A stretch of DNA of 64,000 bases from Balanoglossus misakiensis (Eukaryota; Animalia; Hemichordata): assembly GCA_040954595.2 (NCBI GenBank), contig CM082581.2, forward strand, positions 14,251,350 to 14,315,349. Direction: 5' to 3'. The notes under the pieces are model-generated. The model was not told where the DNA came from. It made no database searches and saw only the letters and a list, made by a program, of their open reading frames with translations. Of the stretch, positions 61,247-64,000 are shown one piece after another; the stretch's first letter is position 1; each line of letters starts with the position of its first letter. The position numbers and the translations under genes were made by a program.

Positions 61247-64000
61247 CTAAAAGAACAACAAAATAATGGGCAAAAGTTAATAAGAGGTAATTTACATTAA
61301 AGTCATGATTACTTTGGAAAACTCAGAAAACAAAACTTTGACAGATTGTAGGCAATTTGAACAGCGCTATTGTGTAGATCTTAGCCAAATGTCCTAAGGC
61401 GAAGTAATGTATTCCCTCAAGTAAAATCTTGAGCAAGTAGAGGAAATCTTCACTCATTTTATGGTGCACTTCATGAATCAGAAAGTAGAACATGCTCTCT
61501 TGTTTTCAAAAGACAATCGAAAGAATAGCATGTCACAGACTTAACTCATCCAATCACTACAACAGTCATTCAGTTAAAAACTCAGGAGTACTGATTAAAA
61601 GTAATCTCCCACAAATTTATTTATCTCCCAATTCACAACACGATATCAACTGCAATCTGAATAAGGTAAGTGTGATTATTTCCTGCTTTGAAATTGAAGG
61701 CTGACTTTTCGCGGAAATTTTCTCATCTCGAAATCAAAAGAGACACTGTTTAAATTCAGAGAGAGAAACTGTGATTGCTTCCTGGTTTTCCAATTTCAGA
61801 GCGGTGTTTTCCACCTAGGTTTACCTTGGGAGAGAGCTTCACAGAGATATATATGACACACGCTTGGGTTGACCCCAGTGACCTCTCTGAAGGGGAAAAG
61901 TGGATTGCCAACACAGCGGCTTGTAAGCTGAACTGGCATGGCACACAAAAGGGAGGCTCTCAACATAATGACACAAGCACACTTCAGAATTTCCTGGAGC
62001 ACTGTGGTTTAAGACCTATACCTGTCATTTCATGTTGCCTTCACATACTCACCGAGTCACCGAGATACAAATTCAAGGGAATATGAAATTTTGTGTATGA
62101 CTGATTATTTAAGGCACAAAATGTGAGCAAAGTCCATTATACACATTATACATTGTGAGTACATCTACATGTACATGAACTAATACTAGTTTGAAAGCAA
62201 AATCCTGAAATGTGCTGAAAGTTGTGGCTCATGGGCCTTGTAAAAATAAGAAATTTGAAATGGCACAGAACACTTTGATATTTCAGAAAGGTACTGAAAA
62301 TGTAATTCGGTCTTCCCACCCCCTCCCTGCAGCAAAATAGCTTTCCAGGGCTTCATTATAGAAATATGATCCATAACATAATCTGGCAAATTGCTTTCCA
62401 AATAAGAGTGAAAACAAATATCTCTGAACACTTGAAACACGTACAGTTTGTCGTGGCCAATTTACGTTTCAGAATTTCACTCAACCCTTGAATTCTGAAA
62501 TTTTTCCCTGGCATTATTTTTTTCTCAGTGCAATTACTGGATATTTTCCGATGCATGGCTCCAAGACAACTAGAATATCAGATAGCATGATATTTCAAGA
62601 TATCTTGTTGTGACTTAATATCTATGACACAGCGTACGCTTTCATGGGTAATGTTTCTGTGAGCTTCTGAGCTATGCCATCTGACTGAAAATAATTCTCA
62701 GTTAAAAATTGGCTGTTCATTACAAATGTATGTCTCAATTTTTATTACTGCTGATGAGTATTTTCCATTTTGAATAAGAAATAGACATAAAATTTCTACA
62801 GGGCTGCACACATTCAGTGTTGTAACTATGTGCATTTACAGTGCATTGAAATCTCCTAATCATGTACATGTACAAATAATACAAACATGGGGAGTTAGAA
62901 ATTAAATTAGTCTGCACAAGTAAGCACATTGCTTCAGGTACCTCCACTGTGAATTTAAAAAATCCAGTGCTCTTTTCAATACAAAACAACAGTGCTAAAT
63001 TTTTGTTCATTCTCTCACTGCAGTCAGTGGGAGTTGAGCTAACAATCGTGACTCAAACTTCATATTCAAAATGTGTAGACAGTGAGTCAAAAACATCAGA
63101 AATGATTTATTGGTCACAAATAGATAGATTAACACGACTGGGACTCAGACAAATCATAATTTGTTGCGCAATGCACACACAATCACTAAACTTGATTCTT
63201 TGCATCCTGGAAAACATGATGCTGCTGCTACGGGCTGCGACATGATGTGAATTCCTAACGCTGATCACAACCCATCCAGCAATGGCTGTCAAGTTATCGG
63301 CTGACTGTATAATGGCCATGAATCATCACAGCCAATGCTGTTAATGGAAAGCGATGGTAAGAAATAGTCCTCAGCCGCCAACTGTCTTGTTGCCCTCAAA
63401 GGTCAAGTGAGGGCACTGCAACCTTGAAAACTAATCAGGCTATTGTCTGAAACATTTATCATAGATCACAAACACAAGTTACACTCCCCTCACATGTCAA
63501 TGTCAAGAACTATAGATATCATCTTTAAATTATTTCCCTTAGCAAACTGTGCAAGAGGTATAATTTAAATCTTTCTCATGAAATATCACTTATACATGTA
63601 TTGCCATTATACTGCCAGAAGTGCATCAATTATGAAAGGAAAGTTTAAAATGGTATTTCCCTTTCATAAGAAAATGTAACACTATACTGACCGACAACAT
63701 GCTACTGTTAAAATTGAGAATTACTAAGTACATCAATATTGCCAGTATACTAGTGATGGTAAAACCTGATTCAGGAATCTTTATTTTGATATTCTCATGA
63801 TCCAACATAAAAATTACAACCACGTTCACTGTGTTTAAGCAATGCATCTTCATATAGAAAGAAGGAAGTCTGGGGAATGGCTATATCAGAATATTATTGC
63901 CAGATATGAATGATCAGTCACAATACACTGTTTATGAATTCTGAACAAACAGACAGACAACATAGATACAGTTCATATGATGTTTCCATGGCGATATTGC

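Noticed and set aside
1-64000. CRISPR arrays, operons, rRNA/tRNA genes or autonomous transposase/RT ORFs
   Set aside because: None seen; this is eukaryotic spliced-gene DNA with only non-autonomous repeats.

Overview
Intron-rich animal genomic DNA, about 35-40% GC, with GT-AG introns and TTAGGG repeats. It is probably from a marine invertebrate deuterostome (inference). I assembled five multi-exon genes by hand from splice sites with consistent phases; strands alternate - + - + -. (1) An unnamed type-I membrane protein: signal peptide, two Ig domains, a FAMeT (Methyltransf_FA)-like domain, TM, Cys-rich stretch and PPPY tail (523-4392, -). (2) CHMP3/VPS24 (5430-7685, +). (3) A receptor guanylyl cyclase of the NPR type (10263-33104, -). 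(4) TRNT1, the CCA-adding enzyme (35880-38903, +). (5) A catalytically intact ADAM12-like metalloprotease whose 5' end lies beyond the window (44226->61246, -). There are also several MITE-like inverted-repeat elements, one carrying head-to-head telomeric repeats. The most novel-looking item is the Ig-Ig-FAMeT receptor. It has convertase sites inside Ig1 and a DxDxDG motif inside Ig2, and it sits head-to-head with an ESCRT-III gene. Most short ORFs in the supplied track are non-coding noise or antisense shadows of real exons.
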